NCBI GenBank assembly: GCA_934119935.1
Contig: CAKOSX010000001.1
Span: 268,299-332,298 of the forward strand
DNA: 64,000 bases
Direction of reading: 5' to 3'
Origin: an uncultured Clostridia bacterium
GTDB taxonomy: Bacteria > Bacillota > Clostridia > TANB77 > CAG-508
A program made the translations under genes and the position numbers. The notes under the pieces are model-generated. The model was not told the DNA's origin and searched no databases. It was given only the letters and a program-made list of their open reading frames with translations. Shown piece by piece: positions 50,727 through 61,314 of this stretch (position 1 is the stretch's first letter; every line of letters starts with the position of its first letter).

Positions 50727-51605
50727 TTATGACCCCTGACGTTTGTCCAGGGCCTGATATATTTTGCACAAGTCACAGTCGGTACAAATTGTTACTCTAT
50801 TTTCAAATATAGCTTGCAGAGTATTAATAAAGTCATCTGTAGGGCTTATTAAATGAATAATTAGCTTACTTGGTAAGAGAGAAAGCAAAGAATTTAAAGC
50901 ATAATCATTAGATGAGAAAGTTATGTCTGACAAGTAACATTTCTGCTCTAAGTTATTCTTTGTTAGGGCTAATACTTTTTTGTTTTTGTCTAATAATATA
51001 GATTCTTCATTTATATAAATTAAATGAATTAGATCGACTGTTGGAGATTTAGAAGATATATATACTTTTAACATGTCAATAAATTCACAATATTCTCTAT
51101 TTACCACAAATTGACTTACGGTGTAATCTAAAATATTTTCCAAACAATTAATGTAATCTTTAATTCTGAATGTTATAAAACCATCGAGAAAGATAGATTT
51201 TTGAAATGAGATATAGCGAAGAACATCACTCCATAAATATTTTTTTCTATCACTTATATTTTCATAAATAGATGAAACAGTTTTGTTATCATTTTGCAGT
51301 AGAGAAGATTTACAGTTATCTGTTATAATGTCAAGGTCTGTATCATCAAAGTAAAAATAATCTAATAAAAGTAATTTTCGGATTATAGGGCCTTCATAAT
51401 TTTCGAGTATACAATTTGTAATAACAGTAGAAAGGGCTGCATAAAATTCGGGAATATTATTACCAAGATAGTGAACAATAACATTAACATATTTTGAAAA
51501 ATCTTTTTTTACAAAAATGATATTGTCCAGATTTATTTTTGATATATTAAGCATTAGATAATCAATTGCATTCTGATTATTTGTTTTTATACATAATGAA
51601 GTCAT
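50727..51605 (-). CDS. Hypothetical protein (possibly YtxC-like sporulation protein)
   Basis: 292-aa ORF; family assignment uncertain. Confidence 0.35.
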   Translation of the reverse strand: MTSLCIKTNNQNAIDYLMLNISKINLDNIIFVKKDFSKYVNVIVHYLGNNIPEFYAALSTVITNCILENYEGPIIRKLLLLDYFYFDDTDLDIITDNCKSSLLQNDNKTVSSIYENISDRKKYLWSDVLRYISFQKSIFLDGFITFRIKDYINCLENILDYTVSQFVVNREYCEFIDMLKVYISSKSPTVDLIHLIYINEESILLDKNKKVLALTKNNLEQKCYLSDITFSSNDYALNSLLSLLPSKLIIHLISPTDDFINTLQAIFENRVTICTDCDLCKIYQALDKRQGS

Positions 51606-51734
51606 CTAAAAAATCCCCCAGAAAAATGAATGTATAGTTAATATTAGTATTTACTAAAATGTGTTTGATATACATATAATATTCAAAAAATAGGCAACTG
51701 AAATTTGTCCAAAAAAATAAATCCTATATAGGAT

Positions 51735-53330
51735 TTATTTATATATTGTGTAATCTATTTCTGGGAATATACAGTCTATTTCTGCAATGCTTTTTAAGAA
51801 ATCTGTATCTATTTTGTCATTCTTTATTTGTATATAAAGTTTTGAAAATCTTCCGATATGATCTTTTATTCGTTTCTTTGCATAATCTACCATTGTGCCA
51901 TTTGTAATAATAAATAACCAATCACTACTTTGGGCTAATAATAATTCACGAGCACATTGATTTAAAGCTTGTCTTCTTAGACTATCTTTTGGCTCATCAG
52001 GATATAAATTTGCAAGCTCAACCATTTTGTCTCCAGCAACATGTAAGTGCCTGTGTACATAATCGTTTGAGCGGTTCAACCAAACTTCACTATATCCATT
52101 TGCACCCCAGCTTGATCTACAAGGAGTACACAATTGCATTTGTGGATATTTATCAATGTATTCACTTGGCGTAATTAAATCAAAATCACATCTGTCGTAA
52201 TATATTTTTTTAAATAGGGTATAAAGCCAATCTGGACCTTCATACCACCAGTGTCCATATAGTTCTGCATCATATGGACAAAGCACAATTGGTGGATTTT
52301 GAGTATAATTTGCAGCTTCTGTAATTTGCTTTTCACGTGAATCGAAGAAGTGACCGGCCTGTTTATTAATAGAATCCTGTGCCCACTGAAGATTATAATA
52401 ATCTTTTTCGCAATCTTTTCCGGTTATTCTATAATATTTAATTCCAGTTGGAACTCTGGCACCATTACATGCAATATATGGTTTTATATAATCATATGGG
52501 GCATCGTATCCTATGTCTCTGTACCATTCTCTATAATTAAAATCTCCAGGATATCCATTTATAGAACTCCAAACTTGTCTTGATGATTCAAGGTCACGTC
52601 CAAATGCAACAATTCCATCGGGAGAAACTATAGGGGCAAGAGTACCATAAATAGGTGTTGGATTTGCATACAAAATACCATGTGTTTCGGTAATAACGTA
52701 TTGAATTCCGAATTCTCTTAAGTATTTGTCTGCTTCAGGAACATAACCACATTCTGGAAGCCAAATTCCACGTGGCTTTCTGCCAAAGTATTTTTCGTAG
52801 CATTGAACACCAACTGCAATTTGAGCACGTACTGTTTTTTCATTTACGTATAGTATAGGGAAGTAACCATGGGTTGCTCCACAGGTTATAATCTCTAAAA
52901 CGCCAATATCTTGAAAATGTTTGAATCCTGTTATTATATTACAATTATAAACATCTTTAAAAACATGTAAGTCGTTAGAATATCTGTCTACATAATATTT
53001 GGCTAGATTTTTCAAAGCTTCATTGTTTTCGTTTCTTATAATTTCTTTTTGTGCAAGTTCGATGTGAGTCTTTAAATATTTAATATATCTTTCTTGCAAC
53101 AATTTGTTATCAAGCATATTTAATAAAGGTGGAGTCATAGACATTGTTATTCTAAAATCCACGTGTTCTTTTTCTAACTTACCAAAATTTAAAAGAAGAG
53201 GAATGTAAGTTTCAGATATTGCTTCAAAAAGCCATTGTTCTTCTAAATAATCTTCACTTTCAGGGTGATGTACAAATGGCAAATGAGCATGAAGTACAAA
53301 ACTTACATATCCTTTTGGGTTGCTTTTCAT
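51735..53330 (-). CDS. Glycoside hydrolase family 57 alpha-glucan branching enzyme (GH57 plus DUF1957)
   Basis: N-terminal VLHAHLPFV…WLFEA…ETYIPLL signature of GH57 branching enzymes. Confidence 0.8.
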   Translation of the reverse strand: MKSNPKGYVSFVLHAHLPFVHHPESEDYLEEQWLFEAISETYIPLLLNFGKLEKEHVDFRITMSMTPPLLNMLDNKLLQERYIKYLKTHIELAQKEIIRNENNEALKNLAKYYVDRYSNDLHVFKDVYNCNIITGFKHFQDIGVLEIITCGATHGYFPILYVNEKTVRAQIAVGVQCYEKYFGRKPRGIWLPECGYVPEADKYLREFGIQYVITETHGILYANPTPIYGTLAPIVSPDGIVAFGRDLESSRQVWSSINGYPGDFNYREWYRDIGYDAPYDYIKPYIACNGARVPTGIKYYRITGKDCEKDYYNLQWAQDSINKQAGHFFDSREKQITEAANYTQNPPIVLCPYDAELYGHWWYEGPDWLYTLFKKIYYDRCDFDLITPSEYIDKYPQMQLCTPCRSSWGANGYSEVWLNRSNDYVHRHLHVAGDKMVELANLYPDEPKDSLRRQALNQCARELLLAQSSDWLFIITNGTMVDYAKKRIKDHIGRFSKLYIQIKNDKIDTDFLKSIAEIDCIFPEIDYTIYK

Positions 53331-53405
53331 ATTTTTTTCTCCTCATAGGTATTTTTATTAAGAAAATATAAGTGCCTGGCGCAAAAAAGTAAGGCACTCA
53401 TAAAT

Positions 53406-54392
53406 TTATTTTTTAAATGTTGAACTTGGGTTTGATGATGATGGATTTCTTAAATCTAATTGCCAATGTTCACTATCAATCCAAATATTTTTAGTGAAGT
53501 CACTTTGTAAATCGTATAAATTATAAATTCTTCCAATATTGCGTAAAAATGCGATAGACGTAACGTCTTTTTCGGTGATAATGTTTGTTTTTACGTCCTT
53601 GAAATATACTGTTTTTACATTTCTATCAAATAATACATGATCATTTGGTGCCTCAATATTGTTTGATGATGTTACATATAAATAATCGTTTGGAATATCA
53701 ATATGCCTTTCTTCATTATAATATTTTGGTCTACGACCAAGTTCGACAGAATATTCACAATTAGAGTCATTAACATGAAGATACCAACTGTTAGCAAAAT
53801 CGTCAATTTCAATTTCAAAAGAATAATGCATAGTTTTATTGCGAATCACTAAAACCGGTTTTGTATTGTTAAAGAAATCTTCACCATATTTCTCTACGAA
53901 ATCAGCACGATCAGCATCAGAAATATCCCAATATATGAATAGGGTAGTTGGAGTTTGTGCAAGAACTTTAACAACTGTTTGATTATATCTATATGGCAAA
54001 TCATAATATTCTAAAACTTCTATTTTCTTAGTTAAATCTGTAGTAGGAGTTATTTCATCTGCAACAATCTCTGCAACTGTAGTTTTCTTCTTAGATGACC
54101 TTGTTGTAGAAGTGCTTCTTTTTGTAGCTCCTTTTTTAGACGTAGTAGTTTTCTTGCTAGAAGTCTTAGTACTTTTTGTTGAAGCCTTCGTGGTAGTCTT
54201 TTTTGTAGAAGACTTTTTTGAAGTTGTTTTTGTAGAAGATTTTTTTGTTGCAGCTTTTGTCGTAGACTTCTTAGCTGTTGTAGCCTTTTTCTCAACTTCT
54301 ATATTATCTTGTAATACCTTCTCGTTTTTGGTATTTTCTAATTTGCTTGATGGTTTTCTTGGCATGCTATTCCTCCTTTGTTTTACGCTCAA
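53406..54392 (-). CDS. DUF4912-like protein with N-terminal K/T/S-rich low-complexity region (commonly paired with GH57)
   Basis: Low-complexity KKxTTK repeats then a globular C-terminal domain; GH57 neighbourhood. Confidence 0.45.
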   Translation of the reverse strand: MSVKQRRNSMPRKPSSKLENTKNEKVLQDNIEVEKKATTAKKSTTKAATKKSSTKTTSKKSSTKKTTTKASTKSTKTSSKKTTTSKKGATKRSTSTTRSSKKKTTVAEIVADEITPTTDLTKKIEVLEYYDLPYRYNQTVVKVLAQTPTTLFIYWDISDADRADFVEKYGEDFFNNTKPVLVIRNKTMHYSFEIEIDDFANSWYLHVNDSNCEYSVELGRRPKYYNEERHIDIPNDYLYVTSSNNIEAPNDHVLFDRNVKTVYFKDVKTNIITEKDVTSIAFLRNIGRIYNLYDLQSDFTKNIWIDSEHWQLDLRNPSSSNPSSTFKK

Positions 54393-54584
54393 ATAAAATC
54401 TTATTATATACTATATCAAAATAAAAATAAATTCAATAGTAAAGAGAAAAATAAAATGAAAAAAATTATAAAAAAATTAGCAAAAAATGTTTACTTTTGT
54501 TTTTTTTTTGTATACAATAGAGCAAGTTAGAAAATATATGAATAATATACTAAAGAAAATTATGTGAAGGGAGATTTTTCTAAA

Positions 54585-55880
54585 ATGAAAATTTTAATGC
54601 TAACATGGGAGTATCCACCAAGAATTGTGGGAGGAATTGCAAGAGTGGTACACGATTTATCTAAGAGATTGATAAAAGATGGACACGATGTTACAGTTGT
54701 AACATATAGAGACAATACAGACGTTCCAGCATTTGAAGACGATAAGGGCGTTAAAGTGTATAGAGTGGATAATTATATGATTCGTCCTAACAATTTCATA
54801 GACTGGATTATGCAATTAAACTTTAACATGGTATCTAAGGCTACAGAAATTATAAACAAAGAAGGTGGATTTGATGTAATTCATGCTCATGATTGGCTTG
54901 TAACATATGCTGCTAAAACATTGAAAAATGCATATGATATTCCTATTGTAGCTACAATTCATGCAACAGAAGCTGGAAGAAATAGTGGAATTCATGATGA
55001 AACTCAAAGATATATTAATGACACAGAGTGGCTTTTAACATACGAAGCAAGTGAAGTAATAGTTAACAGCAACTTTATGAAAAACGATATACAAAGATTA
55101 TTTGGATTACCATATGATAAGATTAATGTAATACCAAATGGAATAAATTTATCTAACTTCACAGGAATAGAGAGAGACTATGACTTTAGAAGACAATATG
55201 CAATGGATAATGAAAAGATTATACTTTATGTTGGTAGACTTGTTTATGAAAAAGGAATTCAACATCTAATTGCCGCAATGCCAAAAATATTGTCAAACTA
55301 TAATGATGCTAAATTAATTATTGCCGGACGTGGAGGCATGATTGATGAATTAAGAGCAGAGGCTGCAAATTTAGGATTAAATAATAAAGTTTACTTTACA
55401 GGATACTTAAATTCTAAGCAAGTTCAAAAAATGTACAAATGTGCAGATGTTGCAGTATTCCCAAGTACATACGAACCATTTGGAATCGTGGCTTTAGAGG
55501 CAATGCTTGCAGGAGTTCCAACAGTTGTTTCAGATGTTGGAGGACTAGATGAGATAATAACACATGGAGTTGACGGAATGAAGTCATATGCAGGAAATCC
55601 AAACTCGATTGCAGATTCTGTAACCGCTTTATTATATGATCATCAGCTTGCTGCAAATGTATCTAAGAAAGCAGTTCAAAAGGTTAAAGAACAATTTAAT
55701 TGGGAAAGAATCGCTCAAGATACACATTTTACATACGAAAAAGCAGTTTGCCAAACTATGGCAGAAAGACAAGCAAAACAAATGTTACAGGAAAAGGCAA
55801 AGAAAGCGGAAAAAGCAGAAAATTCTCAAAAAGAGATTACAAACTTATTAAGTTTCAAGAAAAGACATGCGTATGCTTAA
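54585..55880 (+). CDS. Glycosyltransferase family 4 (alpha-glucan/glycogen synthase-like)
   Basis: MKILMLTWEYPPRIVGGIARVV N-terminus, C-terminal EPFG…E motif; start at second Met with AAGGGAG RBS. Confidence 0.8.
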   Translation: MKILMLTWEYPPRIVGGIARVVHDLSKRLIKDGHDVTVVTYRDNTDVPAFEDDKGVKVYRVDNYMIRPNNFIDWIMQLNFNMVSKATEIINKEGGFDVIHAHDWLVTYAAKTLKNAYDIPIVATIHATEAGRNSGIHDETQRYINDTEWLLTYEASEVIVNSNFMKNDIQRLFGLPYDKINVIPNGINLSNFTGIERDYDFRRQYAMDNEKIILYVGRLVYEKGIQHLIAAMPKILSNYNDAKLIIAGRGGMIDELRAEAANLGLNNKVYFTGYLNSKQVQKMYKCADVAVFPSTYEPFGIVALEAMLAGVPTVVSDVGGLDEIITHGVDGMKSYAGNPNSIADSVTALLYDHQLAANVSKKAVQKVKEQFNWERIAQDTHFTYEKAVCQTMAERQAKQMLQEKAKKAEKAENSQKEITNLLSFKKRHAYA

Positions 55881-55901
55881 CACAAGGAGGTTTGAGTCTA
55901 T

Positions 55902-56234
55902 ATGAATATATATGATGAGGCAAGCAAGCTAGCAAGCAAAATAAGAGAGTCAAAAGAATACAAGGAATATAAAAAGTTAAAAGAAAATATAGAATCAAAT
56001 CCAATAAAAAAAGCACAAGTAGAAGAATTTGAACACTTGAGATATAAAATACAAGTCATGACGATGCAAGGTAATTCTGATGCATCTGAATCTAAGCAGA
56101 TGCTACAGGAGAAATATGCAGAATTGTTAAAAGATGAAGAAATAAAAAAATACTTTGATTCGGAAATACAATTTAATGTTATGGTGGCTGATATAAATAA
56201 AATTATAGCAGAAGCAATAAAAGATGTATTATAA
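55902..56234 (+). CDS. UPF0342 (YheA/YmcA/YlbF-like) family protein
   Basis: MNIYDEASKLASKIRESKEYKEYKKLKE… matches the family. Confidence 0.6.
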   Translation: MNIYDEASKLASKIRESKEYKEYKKLKENIESNPIKKAQVEEFEHLRYKIQVMTMQGNSDASESKQMLQEKYAELLKDEEIKKYFDSEIQFNVMVADINKIIAEAIKDVL

Positions 56235-56310
56235 ATATAGTAAAAAAACGGAGCACTTAAATACACTAAGATATTTATGTGCTCTTTTTTTATAGAATAG
56301 GAGGAAAAAT

Positions 56311-57015
56311 ATGATAATAATATTAAGTATTTTAATAGTGATGGTACTATTAACAATTGTTTTAAATGTTGGAATAAAAGATTTTAAAAAATTAAGAGAA
56401 ATTGTGGAAGATGAAGAATTAGCAAAAAGTGTAAAGAAATTTCCAAGTAATACAGAAATTTGCAAACAGGCACTTGATAAGTTAAATAAAGAGAATGTTA
56501 AAGTTGAGGAGGATGATAGCTCTAAGACAAGTGTGTATATGGTATTCAAAAATAAAATAGTAATTGGAAAAGCAAATGTAATAACAAGAATACAAACAGT
56601 TATACATGAATGCATTCATTCAACACAAGATAAGAGACTACTAAAATTTAATGTAATATTTGCAAATATTAATAATTTATATTTTCTAATAATATCAGTA
56701 TTGAGTCTATTTAACCGAATAAGTTATAATACTGCTACAATTTGCTTGTGGATTTTAGCACTTATGCAAATTATATTGTATGCAGTGAGAAGTTTTTTAG
56801 AAACAGATGCCATGACAAGAGCAGAGTTTATAACACAAGATTACATAGAAAAAACAAATTATGTTTCAAAAGAAGAAAAAGAGAAAATAATACAAGTATA
56901 TAAAGATGTAAATAAAGTTGGAATAAAATCATACAATTATGTTTTATTAATGAAAGCACTAATAAGGTTACTAATATATGCAATAGTTATGAACATGATG
57001 GTTAATTTGTTGTGA
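56311..57015 (+). CDS. Polytopic membrane protein with HExxH (HECIH) motif, putative membrane zinc metalloprotease
   Basis: TM helices plus HECIHSTQD motif. Confidence 0.4.
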   Translation: MIIILSILIVMVLLTIVLNVGIKDFKKLREIVEDEELAKSVKKFPSNTEICKQALDKLNKENVKVEEDDSSKTSVYMVFKNKIVIGKANVITRIQTVIHECIHSTQDKRLLKFNVIFANINNLYFLIISVLSLFNRISYNTATICLWILALMQIILYAVRSFLETDAMTRAEFITQDYIEKTNYVSKEEKEKIIQVYKDVNKVGIKSYNYVLLMKALIRLLIYAIVMNMMVNLL

Positions 57016-57139
57016 AATAAAATACAAATATTACAATTTTATTACATTTTTGCAAATTGTTGAATAAAAATCCTCATATTGATATAATCTAAACATACTA
57101 TAGGAAAAATCGCACAAAATATACTAAGGAGGATAAATT

Positions 57140-58312
57140 ATGTTAAAATCAAATGTAAGTTATAGCACAGATAAAGACAGCTATACAGCTGGCAAAGCGT
57201 GTGCTGAAAAGGCAGTTGTAGATCTTATGGAGACTAAAGTTGCCTTTTTATTTAGTTCTGTAAAATACAATCAGAACAAATTACTAGAAGGAGCAAAATC
57301 AGTTTTAGGAACAGCTCCAATAATTGGCTGTACTTCTTCAGGAGCAATAATTGTACCAGATGGAGTAATTTCATCTGAAGATGGATTTGCAGGAATGCTT
57401 GCAATAGGTGATGATGAAACAGCAGTTGGTGTTGCTGGTTCAGAGCGTGGAAAAAATCCAAGAGAAACAGGAAGAAAAGTCGCAAAAGAGGCAATGGCAA
57501 AGGTTGGAACAGATAGAGCACCAGCATACTTCTACATGGTTGCTTCTCCAGCAGAGGAAGAAGAATATGTAAAAGGTATAGAAGATGTAATAGGCTGTGT
57601 TCCTTTCTTTGGTGGAAGTGCTGCTGATGATGCAGTTGCAGGAGATTGGAAAATCTTCACAAACGATAAATGCTTCTCAGATGGTGTTGCTGTAGCATTC
57701 TTTTACACAAATAAACCAATGATAAACAAATATACAGGAGCTTATCATGAGACAGTAAATTCTGGAATTATAACAAAATTAAATGGAAAGAGACAATTAG
57801 TTGAAATAGATGGAAAACCTGCCATGAATGTTTATGCAAAATGGACAGGCAAAAAAGTAAAAGATTTAATGGGAATGAATTTACTTTCATCTACTATAAC
57901 AGAGCCTTTAGGAGTAAAAGATAGATTAGGTTCATTAATAGCAATTCGTCACCCAATGGTTGGAAACGAAGATTTATCAATGAACATAGGAAATAACTTA
58001 GCAATAAACACTGCAGTAATTCAAATGCAAGCAAGTGTTGATGAGTTAATAGATTCAACAGGAAAAACTTTAAAAACTGTAAGAACAAGCCTTCCATGTG
58101 AAGCAGGAGCTTATTTACTAGTTCACTGTGGTGGAAGAAAATTAGGAATAGGCGACAGAATTGATGAAGTTGCAAAACAATTAAAGAAGGAAGCAAAAGG
58201 TGTTCCATTCTTAACTGTATTTACATTTGGTGAATATGGAACAGAAGACCACGGAGAAAATACTTGTGGTGGATTAATGCTTTCATTTACTGGATTTGGC
58301 AAGAATAAATGA
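57140..58312 (+). CDS. FIST-domain (FIST N + FIST C) sensor protein
   Basis: Domain-like pattern …VAFLFSSVKY…GTAPIIGCTSSGAII…; stop overlaps the next start (TGAATG). Confidence 0.5.
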   Translation: MLKSNVSYSTDKDSYTAGKACAEKAVVDLMETKVAFLFSSVKYNQNKLLEGAKSVLGTAPIIGCTSSGAIIVPDGVISSEDGFAGMLAIGDDETAVGVAGSERGKNPRETGRKVAKEAMAKVGTDRAPAYFYMVASPAEEEEYVKGIEDVIGCVPFFGGSAADDAVAGDWKIFTNDKCFSDGVAVAFFYTNKPMINKYTGAYHETVNSGIITKLNGKRQLVEIDGKPAMNVYAKWTGKKVKDLMGMNLLSSTITEPLGVKDRLGSLIAIRHPMVGNEDLSMNIGNNLAINTAVIQMQASVDELIDSTGKTLKTVRTSLPCEAGAYLLVHCGGRKLGIGDRIDEVAKQLKKEAKGVPFLTVFTFGEYGTEDHGENTCGGLMLSFTGFGKNK

Positions 58313-59944
58313 ATGCCAAACTCTGGAAAGGCAGAGTTAGAAGAGCCTTGCCAGCAAGAAGATTACGAGGCTGAAAAAGGCTCTGATCAAAGTAAATTAA
58401 ATCTAAAATTTGAAAAAGTTTTAGATAGCGTGATTCAAGTCACTGGAAATGTGATTCAAGAAGGTAAAAAGATTGTAGAATCTAATTTAAAAAAGAAGGA
58501 AGGCGATTGCGTGAAGGTTTTAATAGGAAGAGATTGGAAAGAAAGTTCTAATGGTTCAAGAATTGAAGTTGTAAATCCTGCAACGGGTGAGCTTATAGAC
58601 AAGGTTCCAAACATTAGCTTGGAGGATGTTGATGAAGCTGTTACAGTTGCAAAAGATATGCAAAAAGAATGGGAAAAAGTTTCAATTTATGATAGAGGCG
58701 AAATACTTTATAAATTCGTAGATTTAGTAGATGAAAACAAAGAGCGTTTAGCAGGTTTATTATCTGCTGAAACAGGAAAGCCAATAACAGAGGCGAGAGG
58801 AGAAATTGCAAATGTAAGAATTGGTGTACGTGGATTTGTTGAAAAAGCAAAACACTTATATGGAGAAAGTTTAGTTGGTTCATCAGAATTAGGAAACGAG
58901 AAAACAATGCAAATTACAACTAGAGCACCTCTTGGAGTTATAGTTGCAATAATACCGTTCAACTTCCCAAGTGATTTATTTTGCCAAAAAGTACCACCAG
59001 CATTGATGATGGGAAATTCGATAATTATAAAGCCATCAAATTACAATCCATTAACACTAATAGAATATGTTAAATTAATGGTTGAAGCAGGTGTTCCAGC
59101 GGGTGTAATTCAAGTAGTTACAGGAGATGGACCTGTTGTTGGCCAAGCATTAGCAAGACATAAGGGAGTATCTTTAGTTTCTTTAACAGGAAGCACAGGT
59201 GCAGGAATTCAAACAATGGGAACAGCTTCTCAAAATTTAACACATGTAATGCTAGAGCTAGGTGGAAACGATGCTTTCATAATGTTAGAAGATGGAGACA
59301 TGGACTTAGCAATAAAAGAAACAATCTGGGGAAGATTGTACAATGGTGGTCAAGTTTGCTGTGCAAGCAAGAGATTCTTAATTCATAATTCAAGAAAACA
59401 AGAATTCATAGACAGAATGAAAGATGTAATATCAAAATTAAGAGTCGGAGACCCAAGTAAAGAAGATACTCAAATGGGACCAATGATAAATATTCATGCT
59501 GCACAAAGAATAGAAGAACAAGTAAATAAAACAATTGAACAAGGTGCAACACTAGTTTGCGGAGGAAAAAGAGAAGATGCATTCTATTATCCAACAATAC
59601 TAGATAATGTAACAAAGGATATGGACGTTGCAAAAGACATGGAAATATTCGGACCAGTAATCCCAGTAATAGGATTCGATACCGAAGAAGAAGCAATAGA
59701 AATTGCAAACCAATCATCTTATGGACTTTGCGGCTGTGTAATCACAAAAGATTACTCAAGAGGATTAAAAATTGCAAATAAGTTAGAATGCGGTGGAGCA
59801 ATAGTAAATGGTGCAAGTTTCTTCAGAAGTTTTGAAATGCCTTTTGGAGGCTGGAAACACAGTGGAATAGGCAACGAAGGAGTATCAAGCACATTACAAG
59901 AAATGAGCAGAGTAAAGACAATAGTCTTAAAAAATATATTATAA
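58313..59944 (+). CDS. NAD(P)-dependent aldehyde dehydrogenase (possible true start GTG 58511; upstream 66 aa is a non-ALDH extension)
   Basis: ALDH motifs: catalytic Cys context (…GQVCCASKRF…), ELGGN, glycine-rich NAD fold. Confidence 0.8.
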   Translation: MPNSGKAELEEPCQQEDYEAEKGSDQSKLNLKFEKVLDSVIQVTGNVIQEGKKIVESNLKKKEGDCVKVLIGRDWKESSNGSRIEVVNPATGELIDKVPNISLEDVDEAVTVAKDMQKEWEKVSIYDRGEILYKFVDLVDENKERLAGLLSAETGKPITEARGEIANVRIGVRGFVEKAKHLYGESLVGSSELGNEKTMQITTRAPLGVIVAIIPFNFPSDLFCQKVPPALMMGNSIIIKPSNYNPLTLIEYVKLMVEAGVPAGVIQVVTGDGPVVGQALARHKGVSLVSLTGSTGAGIQTMGTASQNLTHVMLELGGNDAFIMLEDGDMDLAIKETIWGRLYNGGQVCCASKRFLIHNSRKQEFIDRMKDVISKLRVGDPSKEDTQMGPMINIHAAQRIEEQVNKTIEQGATLVCGGKREDAFYYPTILDNVTKDMDVAKDMEIFGPVIPVIGFDTEEEAIEIANQSSYGLCGCVITKDYSRGLKIANKLECGGAIVNGASFFRSFEMPFGGWKHSGIGNEGVSSTLQEMSRVKTIVLKNIL

Positions 59945-59953
59945 AAATTTAAA

Positions 59954-59986
59954 TTCGCTCCAAAAGGGACGCCACTATTGGGCGAA
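59954..59986. repeat. Palindromic repeat copy 1 (TTCGCTCCAAAAGGGACGCCACTATTGGGCGAA)
   Basis: Related to 61250-61280; sits between the ALDH and ADH genes. Confidence 0.5.
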
Positions 59987-60001
59987 AGAAGGAGAAATAT
60001 T

Positions 60002-61159
60002 ATGGCAAACACAAGATTTATATTGAATGAAACTTCATATTTTGGCTTTGGTGCTAGAGAAGTTTTATTAGACGAATTAAAAGACAGAGGATATAAGAGA
60101 GTATTTTTAGTATCTGATAGATCACTTGTTGATGCAGGAGTTACAGACAAAGTTATGAATATTCTTGAAGAAGGAAAGGTTAGATATGAATTATATGATG
60201 ATGTAAAACCAAATCCTTCAATTGAAAATGTATTAGCTGGTTATAAAAAGAGCAGATGGTTTAGACCAGATGTTATTCTTGCAGTAGGTGGCGGATCAAG
60301 CATGGATACAGCAAAAGCAATATCTATACTTATGACAAACCCAGATAGAGACGACGTAGTTTCTTTAAATGGACTATCGAACACAAAGAAAAAAGGACTT
60401 CCAATGATTGCAATGCCAACAACAGCTGGAACTGCAGCAGAAGTTACAATAAACTATGTTATAACTGATGAAGAAAGTAAAATAAAAATGGTTTGTGTTG
60501 ATCCACACGACATACCAGTTTTAGCAATAGTTGATACAGAACTTATGGCTTCTATGCCAAAAAAACTAGCTGCTGCAACAGGAATGGATGCATTAACACA
60601 TGCAATAGAAGGATATATAACAAAGTCACACAATACAATGTCTCAAATGTTTTCTATGAAAGCAATTCAACTGATTTACAAAAACTTAGCAGCTGCTGTA
60701 AACGATAAAGATCAAAAAGCAATAGATGATGTTGGATTAGGTCAATATATAGCTGGAATGGGATTCTCAAATGTTGGACTTGGAATAGTTCACTCAATGG
60801 CACATCAATTAGGAGCTGTTTATGATACACCTCACGGTTTAGCAAATGCAATATTACTTCCAACTGTACTAGAATTTAATGGAGCTGTTTGTGCAGACCT
60901 ATATAAAGAAATTTTAACACAGGGAATGGGAATAAATGCAATGAAATTCACAGATGAAGAAGCTGTAAAGACATTATGCGAAAAAGTAAGAGACTTATCA
61001 GAAGCTGTTGGAATAACTCAAACAGTAAAAGATGTTGGAGCAAAGAAGAAAGATTTCGCAATGCTTGCAGATAAAGCAATGGTTGACCCTTGTAAACCAG
61101 GAAATCCAAGAGAAGTAACAAAACAAGATTTCATAGACTTATATGAGAAAGCTTGGTAA
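60002..61159 (+). CDS. Iron-containing (class III) alcohol dehydrogenase
   Basis: GGGSxxD, metal-binding His motifs (…HAIEGY…HSMAHQLG…), start at ATG 60002 with GGAG RBS. Confidence 0.85.
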   Translation: MANTRFILNETSYFGFGAREVLLDELKDRGYKRVFLVSDRSLVDAGVTDKVMNILEEGKVRYELYDDVKPNPSIENVLAGYKKSRWFRPDVILAVGGGSSMDTAKAISILMTNPDRDDVVSLNGLSNTKKKGLPMIAMPTTAGTAAEVTINYVITDEESKIKMVCVDPHDIPVLAIVDTELMASMPKKLAAATGMDALTHAIEGYITKSHNTMSQMFSMKAIQLIYKNLAAAVNDKDQKAIDDVGLGQYIAGMGFSNVGLGIVHSMAHQLGAVYDTPHGLANAILLPTVLEFNGAVCADLYKEILTQGMGINAMKFTDEEAVKTLCEKVRDLSEAVGITQTVKDVGAKKKDFAMLADKAMVDPCKPGNPREVTKQDFIDLYEKAW

Positions 61160-61249
61160 TAAAAATAAGAAATAAAGGAAACTTTGCTGAACTATGATAA
61201 TTTATTGAACAAAGACACATTGTTTAATGTATATAAAGAAATTAATATT

Positions 61250-61280
61250 TCGCCCAAAAAGGGATGTCCCTATTGGGCGA
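61250..61280. repeat. Palindromic repeat copy 2 (TCGCCCAAAAAGGGATGTCCCTATTGGGCGA), likely terminator hairpin
   Basis: Near-perfect 14-15 bp stem with 2-nt loop, followed by TTTATTT. Confidence 0.55.
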
Positions 61281-61314
61281 TTTATTTCTAATTAGACAAA
61301 AAGGAGATGTGATT

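Noticed and set aside
53900-54300. K/T/S-rich repeats in the DUF4912-like protein taken as a mobile or contingency repeat
   Set aside because: It is protein-level low complexity (a basic linker) inside a coherent ORF, not a DNA-level perfect repeat array
58313-58510. Separate small gene encoded by the first 66 codons of the ALDH ORF
   Set aside because: It is in frame with no stop before the ALDH domain; more simply explained as an N-terminal extension or an alternative upstream start
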